Shown in pieces: positions 50,601 through 63,963 of a stretch of DNA of 64,000 nucleotides. Each line of letters opens with the position of its first letter. The stretch's first letter is position 1. The stretch spans positions 248,001-312,000 of the forward strand of contig JALMLS010000455.1 of the NCBI GenBank assembly GCA_038496445.1, in the 5' to 3' direction. The DNA is from Trichosphaerium sp. ATCC 40318. Taxonomy: Eukaryota; Protista; Tubulinea. The translations under genes and the position numbers were made by a program. The notes below the pieces were generated by a model. That model had not been told where the DNA came from and did no database searches. It saw only the letters and a list, made by a program, of their open reading frames with translations.

Positions 50601-53600
50601 ACACAAAAGTAACGAACAATAAGTTTTCCGAATGCGGGATATGCAGCTATAAACAGAATAAAATGCACTTTTTATTCACTGGTTGAATCAGTCGTACAGC
50701 TTATTGATGAAGTCAAAGAGGTACACATATCATTTGAACGTATTAATCACCATGAAAAATTGACTTTAAACTGAAGGGGTTATCATCGGCATCAACAATA
50801 AAAGAAGTGCCCAAAATAAGTGCTGATGAGTATGAACCTTTGAGCAATTTAGTTGAGTACATGCTACTCGTAGAACAATGCCAAAACCTTGCCAATATTG
50901 TACAACTTTCTCAAAATCGCGAACTGTCTTCTCAACACGTATGTGATGTTAGTGTTTGATACTATCTACTCATCTCTCATAGGTCGAGAATCGTGATAAA
51001 AAAAAAGTGATTGATCGCTTAGTAGAGCAGCTTGAAACATTGAAACAAAAGTTGCAAATGTATGATGGCCTTAATGACAAGTGGTTAAAGGAGATGCTCT
51101 CTATAGTCAGAAACGTTACCACAATCTATAATACGTGTATGAACGAAACTACACACCACTTGCAAATGAAAGCAAATGAGCGTATGTTGAACAACATTTT
51201 TTATTCTTGTTTTTTTTCGAAAATAAACAAACCTTTCTTCCTAACCAAAATTTCCCTAGTTATGGATTTCATTGTTACCACATTGCACGTACGTATTTAT
51301 TATGTCGCCACGCTAAAAAATAACCTTAAAAACAGAAAGCTCTTACGATTAATGACGTTATGAGTGATATCACTACTTGTGTTTATCTTGTTGATGCAAC
51401 TATATCATGTGCACTACAAACCGCTGAAGGCATTTCTGTGTATATCCAATGTGATGATGTAGTAGACGCAATTTGTAACTTAATCAATACCATTGACAAG
51501 CCAATAATACCAGTTAAGCCAAAGGTGCGCACTGAACATATTTAGTTATGTTGTTTCTAAAAAAAATTTGCAACAGGCTCTGAAAGAGATACAAAGTGCT
51601 ATTGAAGCTGCTGTAAATAATCTCGAATCTTCTAATTCTAAAATCGTATCTGGAGCTTGTAATGGTTCATCTATTATTGGTAGTTCAGCCAAGGAATGTG
51701 AACTTGCTATTAAAGATATCGTGCAAGCAGTACAAGCAGCATCACAAAAGCCTGGTACATATAAACCAATAGTAGACCAAGCAAGAGCTAGTGAAATAAT
51801 AGCCAACATTACCAGTGCTACAATGATTATGGAACGTAATCAAAAAGGCATGGATGTTAACTCACAAAATTTTTCTGACAGTTGTTAGATGGAAAACAAG
51901 TAATGCAAACCGCCAAAGATATGTGTACAAATGTAAACACACTTATTGGTATTGCCAGAGATGCCTGTAAAAAACCTGGTGCAGATATACAACGTATTAT
52001 GAACGGAGCAAAGCAAACTGCTAGAGCAATACAAGCTGTTGTCACAGCTGCAAGGGGTTAGGCATATACTTTTTGCTAGTTCAACATTACTAAACTTAGT
52101 ACCACATTAGGAACCAAAAGCTTTGCTGATATACCAGCGTTGGTAACCGCTGGTCAACATATGAACAAGACTGTAACTTCTCTTGGCCGTATATTGGGCA
52201 TAGACGATACACCCAGTGGTGTTACTACCGAGGAAGCCGTAGATCCAGAAGTAGCTAAGAAGCTTGCAGTTGTAACAAAGACAGCTGCCAGGTTAATAAA
52301 CGAATTGATTCGTGCGTCATCATCAGTTTCTGCCAATTTCAGTGATTCTGCTGCTAGTAGCAAGGTATGTCATTTAGCCGTGTATTTTTTGAACACTTAT
52401 GACAACCTAACTATGTGTTAGCTCTATGAATCATCGAAGAGAGTCACTGATGTAGCAAAAGAGCTCCTTGATATTAGTAAACATCTAGATAAACCAGAAC
52501 TTCCTAGAAATGAACCAGATCCTACTCTTGATGTACTACAAGTTAAGAAGAGTGAAGATATTGAGTCTGTTGCTCTGAAGGAACTATCTAATACTCTTAA
52601 GATAGTAAAGACCTCCTCAGAGACCATATACAGCGTTAACTCCAAATATACTTCACAAAGTACCTATGATGTCCTCAAAGAAAACGTACACTTACAAAGA
52701 TATAACAACAATTAAACTCTTGTAGAATGTCAGGGATGCTGTTACCAGTGCTGTAACTGCCATAACCATTGCACTGGGAAAACTATTGATTTGTTGTGTT
52801 GATACTCAGAAGAAACGTGTTGGTAAGAATTTAGCTACTGGAGGTAAACGTTATGCAAACGATACCTTGTGGGCCAAAGGTCTTATTTCCGCTGCGAAAA
52901 AAGTTACTGGAGCTGTACAAGTACTTGTTGAGACGGCTAAGAGATACCTTGAGGTATGTTGTGTTTGACCATAAGAGTAGCTTTTTGATCTCATAATTAT
53001 TGCAACAGGAATGCTTTGATGAATCACAGCTTATTGCCGCTGCTAAGACAATATCAGCTTCAACAACTCAATTGGTATCAGCTTCTTGTGTTAAAGTAAA
53101 ATACAATTCCCTTAGCAATCAGAAAATACGTGGTGCTACTAAATCTGTTAACAAGGCGATTATAGAACTTGTTCAGGCAGCAAAAAGTAGTTGTAGCTTC
53201 CTCGAGGATCAAGATGTACAACAAGCAATAAGTGATCCTATAAATATGGAAGCGCGAACAAGAGTGTTTAATGTACAAAAACAACTAGAGCTGGCCAGAA
53301 AAGAGCTTTCTACTATTAAAGTCGAGGTATGCTTCTACTAGCTCTTACTTAACATGTAACATTTTCTCATGTTGTTTAGTGCAAAAAACCAAAAGGAAAA
53401 GGTGGTTTTGGTTTTGGTGGTAAAGGAAAGGTCAAACGCGGTGTTGGTGTTGACATTGACGCTGATGTGAAGGTAAAGAGTAAGAAACGAAACGGCCTCG
53501 GTTCCAGTGGCAAAAGAAAGGCTCCAGCGGCATCCTCATCTTCACTTGACCTTGTTGAGGGCAAATATGGTGGATCCGGTTTCGTTCTTGGTATTCAAGC

Positions 53601-56600
53601 AAAGCCACTTGGAAGTAAACCTTCAATTGAATCCCTTTTTGAGGTACAAAATTCACTTTGCCATTTTTTTTTCCACTCGTTTGCTGTATTGATAACTCGA
53701 GATGTTTTAGATGTGTGATAGAGACCAACTGAGGAATAGCACAGAAGCTGTTGATTCAATGAAAAAGAGAATAGCTGAAAGCAAGAAAGAAATAGGAACT
53801 CGTTTGAATAAGTTTGAAGAAGAGGAAAAGAGAAGATACGAGGAAGAAAAAGCAATGTGTGCTATGAAAGAGCTTATTTCTCGCCGTAAAGCTGAAGCTT
53901 GTATAAAAAGAACTAAAGAAGAAGCAATGCATCAGTATGAAGAGGAACAGAGAGCTGAAGAACAAGCTGTTGCTTCTATGCGTGAACGCATTGCTCTTCG
54001 TAAAGCTGATATACAAAGCAAGAAAAAGTTCGAGGCTCAGGCTTTAGAGAAGTACGAACGCGAAAATTCTAAGCAAAATAGGCAATCTCTTGATGATACT
54101 TCACAGCTATACAATCAGGTATGATAATACTGCAACATGGTTTTCGTTTTTTCTTACATGTTTATTCAAAGGAACGAGACAGACTTCTTTCATGCTCATG
54201 TTATGTAACGAAGGATGAAGCTATTAAACTTGCATCACTAGCACTTCAAGCTGATAAAGGTAACTATAGTCACTCAGAGAGTATAAGTGGATATATGCCA
54301 GAGATGCATAAAGCATACAAAAATGCAACTGTAGTAAGGTAAAGTTTATTTTTGTTCGAAGAATAACTATTGCTAAACTGAATCTTTTCACTTGTTTAAC
54401 TCTTCTGTTATTAAAGTGCATGGAGAAAACTTTCTGGTATATCATCTCTAGATGCCAAGAAAAGATTCATTTCTTCAATGAAGTCTTTTGGTTCAAACAC
54501 AGCGTTTCTGACTACTGTACATATCAACCTTTAGTTTTATTGTTCCTTCCTTCTTACCTTTTTTTTTTCAAAATAGAAGCCTGTTAGAGGTAAAAGAAAA
54601 CCTTTACAACAGTATATTGTTATTAGTCCGAGTGGTATAAGAATTGTATCATCTACAGGAGCTGTCACTAAAACTCGTCCTATTACACATTTAAAACGAT
54701 GGGCAGCAAACAAAGGAAGCTTTACGCTTGATTTTGGTGATTACGAAGATGACTATTTCACAGTTCAAACCCCTCATGGAGACACAATGTCACAAATTAT
54801 ATCCGGTTACATTGATAACGTATTAAAAAGTACTTACATTTTACAACCATGGGTATATACTTATGTGATAAACTAGGGCGCAAGGAAGTGCAGAAAATGG
54901 CTGAAACTGAGGCTGAGACTGCGGATATTGATGATATCCTAGATGATCTGAGTAGTTTGAGACCTTCATCAACCTCACAGAGTTTATCTCTTCCCGGCGC
55001 AGTAGTATCACGTTTAGGAACAAAGAAAAGCTCTTGGCATAACTTTAGAGATTTCGTAAAGTTAATGAACAGACAAACGTCGCACGTGATGAGTTTTACT
55101 GCTTCTGAATTGGGTACTTCAAACAAACAAATTACTATCATCCACCTTTACTGACCTGTTACAATAAAGGTACAAATGGTAGTTTAAATACAAATGGTGA
55201 TCTTGTATTGAAAGGTAGATTTGCTAGCAAGCAAATAGAACAAGTGATGAAACGTTACATGAGCACTTACGTTTATTGCAATAAGTGCAGGTCATCCAAT
55301 ACAACAATTACTAAAAAGAATCGGCTGATGACCCTTGATTGCATGTCTTGTTCAGCTTCGTACCAAGTACCATCTATAAAGACAGGTTTCTCTTCATTGT
55401 CAAGACGCAACCGTAGAAAGTCAACAGCATCAACTGAAGCGAATCCACCTGTTACCCAACCGACAACTAACATTGCTCTGCCTGTTATACAACCGAAGAA
55501 GAAGTTCTTTAAGAGTTCAAGGTCAGCAAATAAAGAAGACTTGGAACGATACAGAAAAGAGCTATTAAAAGAAACAAAGAATGATAGTGATAAAAGAAAC
55601 TTTGTTGTCATTAAAGTAAAGATGGAGAATACAATCAAAACAAAAAGATATGATCCCATGAGCCTCATTAATAATATCATCCGAGATTTTGGTGTCGGTG
55701 AGACCTTGCGTTATCAATTCTATTGATGTCAATACTGTAATACTTACTTCAATCTTTAGGCGTCAATTACGGTATTTTTGAGCATGCAACAGTAAGAGAC
55801 CATTTGCAATTTTTAATGGAATTGTATTACTAACGTTTTGGACGTAGACAAAGTGTAGAGCTAGATGGTTGAATACCAATCGCACGTTTTTATTCTATGA
55901 TATTACATCAGGGGTTAGCTTTGCTCTTACTCTTCTTTAACTTTGTTAATATCATGTTTATCTAGACAACATTGGTTTGTATGAAGAAGCACAAACCTGT
56001 TCGCATTGAGTTAATGGATTCAACTATAAAAACGGTACGTGACTTTGTTCTGTTGGTGATTTTCTTCACTTTGAAAATAATACAAATTGTTTGTGCACGT
56101 GATAATAGTGGGAATGTTTTATTCTGAACATATTTTTTATGTAGATTTTGGTGGATACTTCTTCAAGTGTAGAATCTATAGTAAAACAAATATCTGAGAA
56201 GTTAGGCATTAAACATGCTGAAGAGTTTGGTACGGTTGCAGGTTTTCTTTAAATTTTCACAAAACCACCAATCTGTTTTGTTGTGATTTTCTATTTTACA
56301 CGGTTTATTTACATTTTTAGGTCTCAAGCCACGTGATTCAGGTAATACGATTAGTAAAAAGCAAAGCTTAAACTGTCCCTTACATTTTTCTTAGACACAA
56401 CGTGGCTAAGAGCAACAGAAGATCTTTGCCAGAATAACATTGATATTACAAATACTATTACTCTTAAGTTTTCCAAGCGTTTTTTTTATTCAGACAATAC
56501 TATTGATAGAAGCGATTCAACCCAACTCCATCTTGTATACGAACAGGTATATTTTAATGCATTTCTCAGGAGTACTTCAAGCTTAGAGATAGCAATCTCT

Positions 56601-59600
56601 TCGGTTTTTTCGTTATGTTAATTTTTTCATTTTAGACGAAGTCAAGCATTCTTAACGATCAGTACCCCTGCAGTATATACGAAGCACGTGACTTTGCTTC
56701 TTTACAATTGCAAATAGATATTGGAGATTACTCTCCAGTAAAAGATACGCCAGAAAACATCAGGTAGGATTTTTACAGCGCCTAAAATAAAATGGGCAAA
56801 GCTTTTCTTCGCTTAACTCTTCATACTTATCTTCATTAGACTTGAAAATTATTTATCAGCTTCCCACCTAAAGCATAAGAATATTGCCCGTGATATATTT
56901 CAGACGCATAAGAAATATGTTGGCATGTCAGAAATCAATGCAAAATACAGATACGTACAACTTGCACGTTCATTGAAAACATACGGTATCACCTTTTTCA
57001 ATGTAACGGAACCTGTGCGTGGAAAGACAAATCCCCTTCGTCGCATGCTTGGATGTTCTCGAGATTCAATTATTCTTATGGATACTAAAACAAAGGTAAG
57101 AAATCACGTGAACAGTGACAAAAGCTTTTTTATTTAAGGGACCTCCTGTTAAGCAAACTCTTTGTGTTACTAATGTCTAACTTTTTTTTTTTACTAGACT
57201 GTAATAAAAGAGTGGAAAATAACGCAAATAAAACGATGGGCAGCAACATCATCAACGTTCACACTTGACTTTGGTGACTATGAGAGCGATTACATCACAT
57301 ACCAAACAACAGAAGGAGACAGTATTTCTCAGTTAATAGCTGGATACATTGACATAATGCTCAAGGTTAGAAAAGACGTAGGATCGCAAATGACGGAAGA
57401 AGATGCTAGTGTTGATAGCAAAGAAAGTGTGGCATTTGTACGTGTTTTTTTTTCTTTAATCAACAACCAAAGCGCTAACTCTGTTGCTTCTCATTGATAT
57501 GTCTAGTCTTCTGGCACGGAAGCACTGCTTTTATCAATGCCTTCAGCTTCTCTGCACAACCAAGATGAGGTTAAACTTCAACATCCCAAACAAATCAATA
57601 GAGATAAAGACAATGACGATGTCGATTTAAAAATGCCATGCCTTCTTTTTGACAGTGCTCTCTCTAACCTTCGGTTAGTACAAGATACAAAGTTATTATC
57701 GTTCAACACTTACTTTATGACACTAGTGCTAATATTAACAACAAAGACTTTATTGTTAAGTACAGCAGGGAATGCTTCAAAAAATATAGTAACATTGTGC
57801 GAGTTGCAAAAAACCTGGTAAAGCCTGACGCACCGAACAGTGAGCGTATCAAAAAGAATTTAGTAGTATCTACAAATTTCTTAAAGAAGCTCTTATCTGC
57901 CGCAAAGGCTGCCTGTTCAAAGCCTAATGATCCGAAGAACCAACAAGAGTTATTGGATGCTATAAAAGCCAGTCAAGCTGCTGTGCAGGTTCGTAGTACT
58001 TTTCTTTGTTGGCTTCTTATGTTTTGTTCAAATAGACACTTGTTGATGAAAGTAAAGAGCAACCTTCGATTCTTTTGGTAAAGCTTGAATCTAAGATAGA
58101 TGAATACGAAGAAGAGCAATATACAGAGCCAAGTACGAAACAAAGTTGGTTTTGGTTTTTTTCAAAGTTTTCTTTTTTATGTGTAAGCTGTTAATATCCA
58201 TGTGATGATATCCTTACACTATTTTATTTCTACAAGTAATCTAAAGCAAAACAACAGTATCTTCGAACATTCTTGAACTTGGATTTGTCAAAAAAAGACC
58301 AACTCTGAGTTTTTTCTTTTCAGATTTTTGTTGACTTTGCACTGAGTCCCTGGGGTTTTTTTAGTTTGGCCCATTGAAGGCGATAAGTTATTATTGTTCG
58401 TTCTTATTTTAGTAGTTACAATGAGTTTGAAGGATTGGTGTACAAATGAGTTATACATGGAAAAAATTACTAGTGAATCTTTACTTGATAGCAAGTATGA
58501 TATTTATTTTAAGTCACGTGACGAAAATATTACATCAATGCACTTTTTCATGGACGTCGCATCTCACTTTTTCACGTTGAACTCAATAAAACGTACGCAG
58601 TCACCGTAGAATTGGCGTTTTTCCGAAAAAAACATTGTTTGATATTATTTAGGCTCTTCTGATCTTGCTATGCGCATTCTATCGAATATTTCTGAACTTC
58701 AACCTGAAGATCCCTCTTCTCTTAGATTGTTTGCTTACTTTCTTCAATACCAGACGTCTATTGGTACTTAGTTCTTTCAACAAAACGTTGTTCAGTTTTC
58801 GAGTTATTGTTCAAGTCGAAACAGTTACAGGCCTGAACTAATCCAACGTTTAGCAATGTCTGAACAAGATATTACCAAAGCTTCTTTGTTTAATAACTGC
58901 GCTATTAAGATGTTAAAGAGGATAAAGAAACTAAGACCAGAAGAACCACAAGTATGCAAAGAAAACCTGTAAAACAAAATTAATCAGAAACTCACTTGTT
59001 CTTAGTCGTTCCTTGATTTGGCTGTTTCTCTTGAAACCTCCGCTTCAATACTACGAAAAGAAGTCAAAGGTGTTAATGATGATTTACGTGCACGTGTATC
59101 GCCTATTTATGGAGAAGCAATATCACTTCTAAAAAAGGTTGTTGTTAACAAATGGGACGCGAGATTCGATCAAATACAAGTCACAGCATTGACCGAAGTA
59201 AGTTAAGAAAAATATGAGAATGACAAACAAGTTCTACGAGAGCTCACGAAATTTTTTAGATGAATAAAATCCTTGGTATTCTTGATCACTTGGATATACG
59301 CAATGATGTCGCTTTGTCCATTGGTACGTAGTTTGAATCATGTTGAGGAACAGAAGCAAAAAAAAATTAACAGTTTTTTTCTTTGTTAGAGTCTTTGTAT
59401 GTTGCAAACATTGATGTCGATCTTCGGATTGTCATGTATTGGGATACTGATAAAACAGATATTGATTTACAAATAACTCAACCAGACGGAGAAAAGTGTT
59501 ACAGCTTCAACAATAAGGTACCCAAGCCAACTTATTTTCAAAAGTGAAAAAACAATTTTTTTTTTGTTTCACCAGCAGCACTCACTCATTTGATCTTTAG

Positions 59601-59940
59601 ACAAAATGTGGCGGTATGATGTCACGAGACTTTACTTACGGATATGGACCTCAAGAATACCTACTTCGTGAAGCGCCAGATGGAGAATTCAATGTACGTC
59701 ACAAAGAATAACACCTCCCAAAAAACCCCAAAAATACAACTTAATTCAGTCTAACTGTATGTTAAGGTCGACGTGTCATTATTCTCAAACATACAAAACC
59801 CAAAACCAGTGAGTGTTTTTGTTAAGATAATATCAAACTTTGGAAGACCAGGAAAGGAAAAAGAATGGTATTCTTTTGCACGACTATCAAAACCAAAAGA
59901 AAAAATAACGCTTGCTACTTTTACAAGAAAACTTGTGTAA
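47605..59940 (+). CDS. Giant chimeric protein: VIT-vWA-[talin rod/I-LWEQ, coiled coil, FERM F2F3, eIF2beta domain, FERM F0-F3]-TPR-DUF2135
   Basis: VIT ([21 protein letters not shown]; [12 protein letters not shown]), vWA-like ([22 protein letters not shown]), I/LWEQ ([10 protein letters not shown]), FERM twice (KRWAA...FTLDFGDYE), eIF2beta (CNKCRS...CMSC) and C-terminal LRPEEPQ / [17 protein letters not shown] / [13 protein letters not shown]. Splice phases were consistent at every inter-domain junction I traced. Confidence 0.7.
52540..53326 (+). other. I/LWEQ (THATCH) actin-binding domain within the chimera
   Basis: [71 protein letters not shown]. Confidence 0.88.
54980..55400 (+). other. 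eIF2beta (eIF-5_eIF-2B family) core and C2-C2 zinc finger within the chimera
   Basis: [35 protein letters not shown]|[44 protein letters not shown]...LDCMSC...SIKTGF matches the eIF2beta pattern along its length. Confidence 0.9.
55600..57370 (+). other. Complete talin head (F0-F1-F2-F3 FERM) within the chimera
   Basis: [109 protein letters not shown]. Confidence 0.92.
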
Positions 59941-60327
59941 ATAAAAAAAAAGCCGCTTCTAGTGAACAAATGTACTTCGTCAGTGGTTGAGCTCAATGCA
60001 TACTTTGTAGTTAACTCGGACTATAAAATCCCTTAAACAAAACACCAAGCAAAGTGCAAATGACTACCTTTAAATCTAGTACATCCTAAGCCTTTTGTGA
60101 ACTTCCTCACTCACAATAAGTTGCACAATAAAATTCTTTTACATCTTTCTTAATATTCAGTCAATTTCTATGAAACAAGTAGATGACACCTAACGAACGA
60201 GCCTATCTACGCGCATAACAATTGCAATGTAAGTTGGGTTGTTTTCTGAAATAATAATTATTAAATCCTTGTTTGTACAATACTTGTGGTGAGTGCGGTT
60301 TTGTTTTTTGTTGGTTTCTTTACCCAT

Positions 60328-62841
60328 TTACTCGTCCTCATCAGCAACAACATTTTGGCCATCTCCAGCGTCTTCAGCATCATCAGCAGTATCCTCTACT
60401 TGGACATCCGCTTCATCTGTTTCGTCTCCTTCTGGATCATCTTCAACTTGTTCATCGTCTTCAACTTCATCATTTGTTGCTTCCTCAACCTCATTTTCTT
60501 CTTCCTGAGGCTCTGCAACGTTTTCCTCTGCAACTTCATCATCTGCTACTGTATCTTCTTCAGGTCGAGCATCTTCTTCGGCAACATCTACGCCTTCACC
60601 ACTCTCGTCATTTTCAGCTACATCCACTTCTTCGTCTACTTGTTCTTCTTCCTTCTCGAGAGCTTCTTCAGCTGAAGCTTCGTTCTCTACTGGTGGTTCA
60701 GCGTCCTCAAGTGTCTCATCTTCTTTTGGTTTTTCTGTTTCTTTTTCTTTATCTTCCTCTGCAGGTTCTTTATCTTCAGTAGATTTAACCTCTTCTTCTG
60801 TTACAGGTTGTTTTACTTCGTCTCTACCAACACAAGGTTAACAAACACCACACGACCTATAAATACAACTATATGCATAATATATAATATCACAACAAAG
60901 TGTTATAATCTCTAGAGAACATAGAACACGTAAAGCGTGCAAACGCAAGAAAAAAAAGTCAATTGATGTCAAATAGGCAACAATCATCTTCACAATTCTA
61001 CGCGATTTTCTCGTGGTAACAGATGTGTAAATAGATAAATACACAAAGGAAACATACATACATAGATAATAGATACAATAGATAAATAAAAAAAAATTGT
61101 TGATTTTCTTTACGCGCTTTCATCAAGTAGCACTACAACATTCTCCTTTTGCGTTTTTTTTGTTTTTTTTAAAAGAGGCAAGCAAAGCAAGAGGAATCTC
61201 CTAGCAAAGCCCCCAAAAAAAAAAACAAGGTGAAAACGCAACAAAACCAAAAAAAACCCGTGATACAGTACATATAATGTGTTTACATTGCAAAAACGTA
61301 CTGCCTTTTCTTAACACTATTCCCACCTGCAGCTGCTTTTTGAAAAGCAGCCATTCTTTCCTTTAAACTCTTAACACCTAACGAAATCGTTAGCAACAGT
61401 TATAACAACGCCAACCGAAAAGCAAGGCCTAAAAATGAATTTAAAAACTTACCAGTTGGTAAAACTCTGGCGCCGCTGGTGTTGCTAGAACCACTTCGAT
61501 TCACTGGCATAGTTGCAGAGCGTGCTAAAAGTGAATTTAGTAATGCAATTGAAAGGAAATTGAAAAACACTCCGAAGCCGGAGAACAAAATTATGAGATC
61601 ATAAATGATTGATCTTGTGCTAGAACTACTTGTTCGATTTTCTCGTACCTCGTGTAGTAGTAGACGTTTGTGTATTGCGTGTGGCACCACTACCATATGA
61701 TCTTCCATATGAAGGTGTAGTCTTCTGCTGAGGAGGCTTGCTTCTGTAAGGAGAATAACCACTTCGAACTGGGGTCTTAGTTGGAGTAGTGGTTCTATTG
61801 TAGCCGCTGGTTGTTTTGGATGTTTGTGGGGTGCTCTTCTGTGCTGCGTTGGTTTGTTTAATCCTATCTCTAAGAGCGACATCCGTTAGCAACCAATTTG
61901 ATTAGTAAAAATTATGTAAACGTACTGTACAGACATCTTAGGAGTTGACGAACCACCAGACGATACTGGCACTACCATTGCCAAAAGCGTTTTTTGTTTG
62001 CTTCCAAGCTCACGTCTACGCTCTTCAAAATAATCGTCTGAGCTCTTCATAGTCTCCACTTGGCGTTTACCAACACCTAATAGATGTTTGTGAGTGAAAA
62101 AAAAAACGTGCGATTGTGGAAAGTTGTTAATTTTTTCTATAACGCCAAAAACCGCCTTGTACGATTAAACGAGATGAAACCACGTTAAGGAAAGAGGGAA
62201 CAAAAAAAAAAAAAGAAAAATTAAGATTTTCGTCTTGTATTTAAAATTACCGGTATGTGTGGCTGCCCATTGTTTTCTAGGTACCATATTATCTTTGTTT
62301 AGTTTTGCGAGAAGACCAACACCGCCACCTAGATTTTGTTAAACCCATACTAATTAAGCGTTTCGTACCAATCTTTTCTGCGTATCTGTGGACGTTTTGT
62401 GCTTTAATGTGTCGCTTTTCTGGTCCGTGACACCGTACGCCCTAAAACATTCTAATTAATCTCGCGTGTTGTATAATAGAGTACATTGGCGTTCCACAAA
62501 ATGTTTTGCGTAGTTTTTAAAACGAACAAACAAAAAAAAAATAGAGACTGTCGATAAAAAGCGCAAACTGCAAGAACAATGGATAAACGAAAAAGAAAGA
62601 GAGGGTTGACAACAGCGGATGATTATTTTGCTAATTACACTTTTGCGTGTTTTAAAACAAAATGTAAGGAGTGTAACAGCGCGCTGTAGCAAAATTTCGA
62701 GCGCAGTGCATCGTAAGTTCGCCAAAAAAAAGCTAAAATAAACAAACACTGATCTTGTAACGAGTAACTAACCTGCACTTTTGGCCATTTGCGGGCGGCA
62801 TTAGATTGATTTGATCTCCAGGCTTGTCCTGTTGTTGTCAT
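60328..62841 (-). CDS. Disordered protein with basic N-half and very acidic C-terminal exon (possibly cytoskeletal)
   Basis: Exons MTTTGQAW...WPKVQ|GVRCHGPEKRHIKAQ...|GGGVGLLAKLNKD...|...VKSLKERMAAFQKAA|, then an E/D-rich last exon ending ...ADEDE*. Confidence 0.6.
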
Positions 62842-63176
62842 TAACGCAGGCCAATTATTTGTTTAGTAATTTTGACCTTTTTTTCAAAACAAAAGAAGAA
62901 CTTCTAAACTACAATAAAATATACTTTTTACGCATAAAAAATACATTGCCCGGGGTTTTTGAATGACATGATAAAACATGAAGTTTTTGAGCAAACATTT
63001 CTCATGAAAATAACATATAGAACTCACAATACATGTAATTAGTGAGAACGTATTACTATGTAACATTTAGGATACTTCATATTCTTTTAAGATGGCGCTA
63101 TCGGATTGTTTTGTTATCAAGTTTATTAAAAACTTCACTGAAGTTCAGCTGTTGTACTCATTTTTACTCTCTTTTC

Positions 63177-63963
63177 TTATTCTATACCTTCAAGTTCTCG
63201 CATTTTTGCCCGAACGTCAGATGGTACTTCCGTTTTTTTCATCTTATCGTAGTCGAAAAACACAAGCCTAAGGAAAGGTGTTAACAACATTGGAATATAA
63301 AATCCAAAAAATGAATAACAAAATAGTTTGTTGCATACCGCGCTTTTCCCAACGCTGCAGGCTTATTATTTTCATCAGTCTATTAATAACATGTAAGAAT
63401 TACACCGAATTTTGTGGAGTTGAGTTGATCACGTGATCAACTGAAGAATTCATGAGAAAAAGCTCGTACCACACTGTATTCTACGTTCCATGACGTCTTA
63501 CCAATACTCGTTGTTCGAGCATTGATGGCTACCTTTCCTGGGTATTCAAGTGCTCTCAAGAACTTGCAATCGGCTTCTGCAAGGATCACACTTATACCTT
63601 CATCTTTAGCGACGAGATTCAACTTTTTCATGTGTTCAAGGCGAACCATTTCAAACCATGCTAAAGCGAATTAGAAATTATCACAAAAAAGCGGTTTAGG
63701 CCTACAAGTGAAGCGACACGAACCGCTTTAAGTAGAATACGCGCATGACACTCTAATTTTTTTGTTTTGATGGTAACTAGGTTCATACCATAGTATTGTA
63801 CGTTGTTTACATGCTTAAAAACGTCCTGTGATGCCCATTCGATCTCTCTATGTATTGTGGCAGTCCATTTTTTAGTGTCAGTTGTACAATAACGTCTTGT
63901 AGCGGTATTGCGTTTTTTAACGGTCTGACGCGCGAGCGTGGCTACTCTATAGCCCTGTAACAT
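63177..63963 (-). CDS. Hotdog-fold acyl-CoA thioesterase (4HBT/YbgC-FadM family), likely mitochondrial
   Basis: Arg-rich presequence, then IEWASQDVFKHVNNVQYY|AWFEMVR...VILAEADCKFLRALEYPG...IGKTSWNVEYSV. Confidence 0.88.

Noticed and set aside
54849-55726. Stand-alone eIF2beta gene
   Set aside because: No lysine-box N-terminus or separate start exon, and the frame continues into talin F0 without a stop before the next donor.
60273-60782. Plus-strand Leu/His/Phe/Ser-rich ORFs
   Set aside because: Antisense to the acidic last exon of the minus-strand gene.
62442-62486. Start codon split by an intron (AT|G)
   Set aside because: That frame hits a stop in the next exon. The phase-0 frame joined to the upstream exon 62773-62841 stays open.
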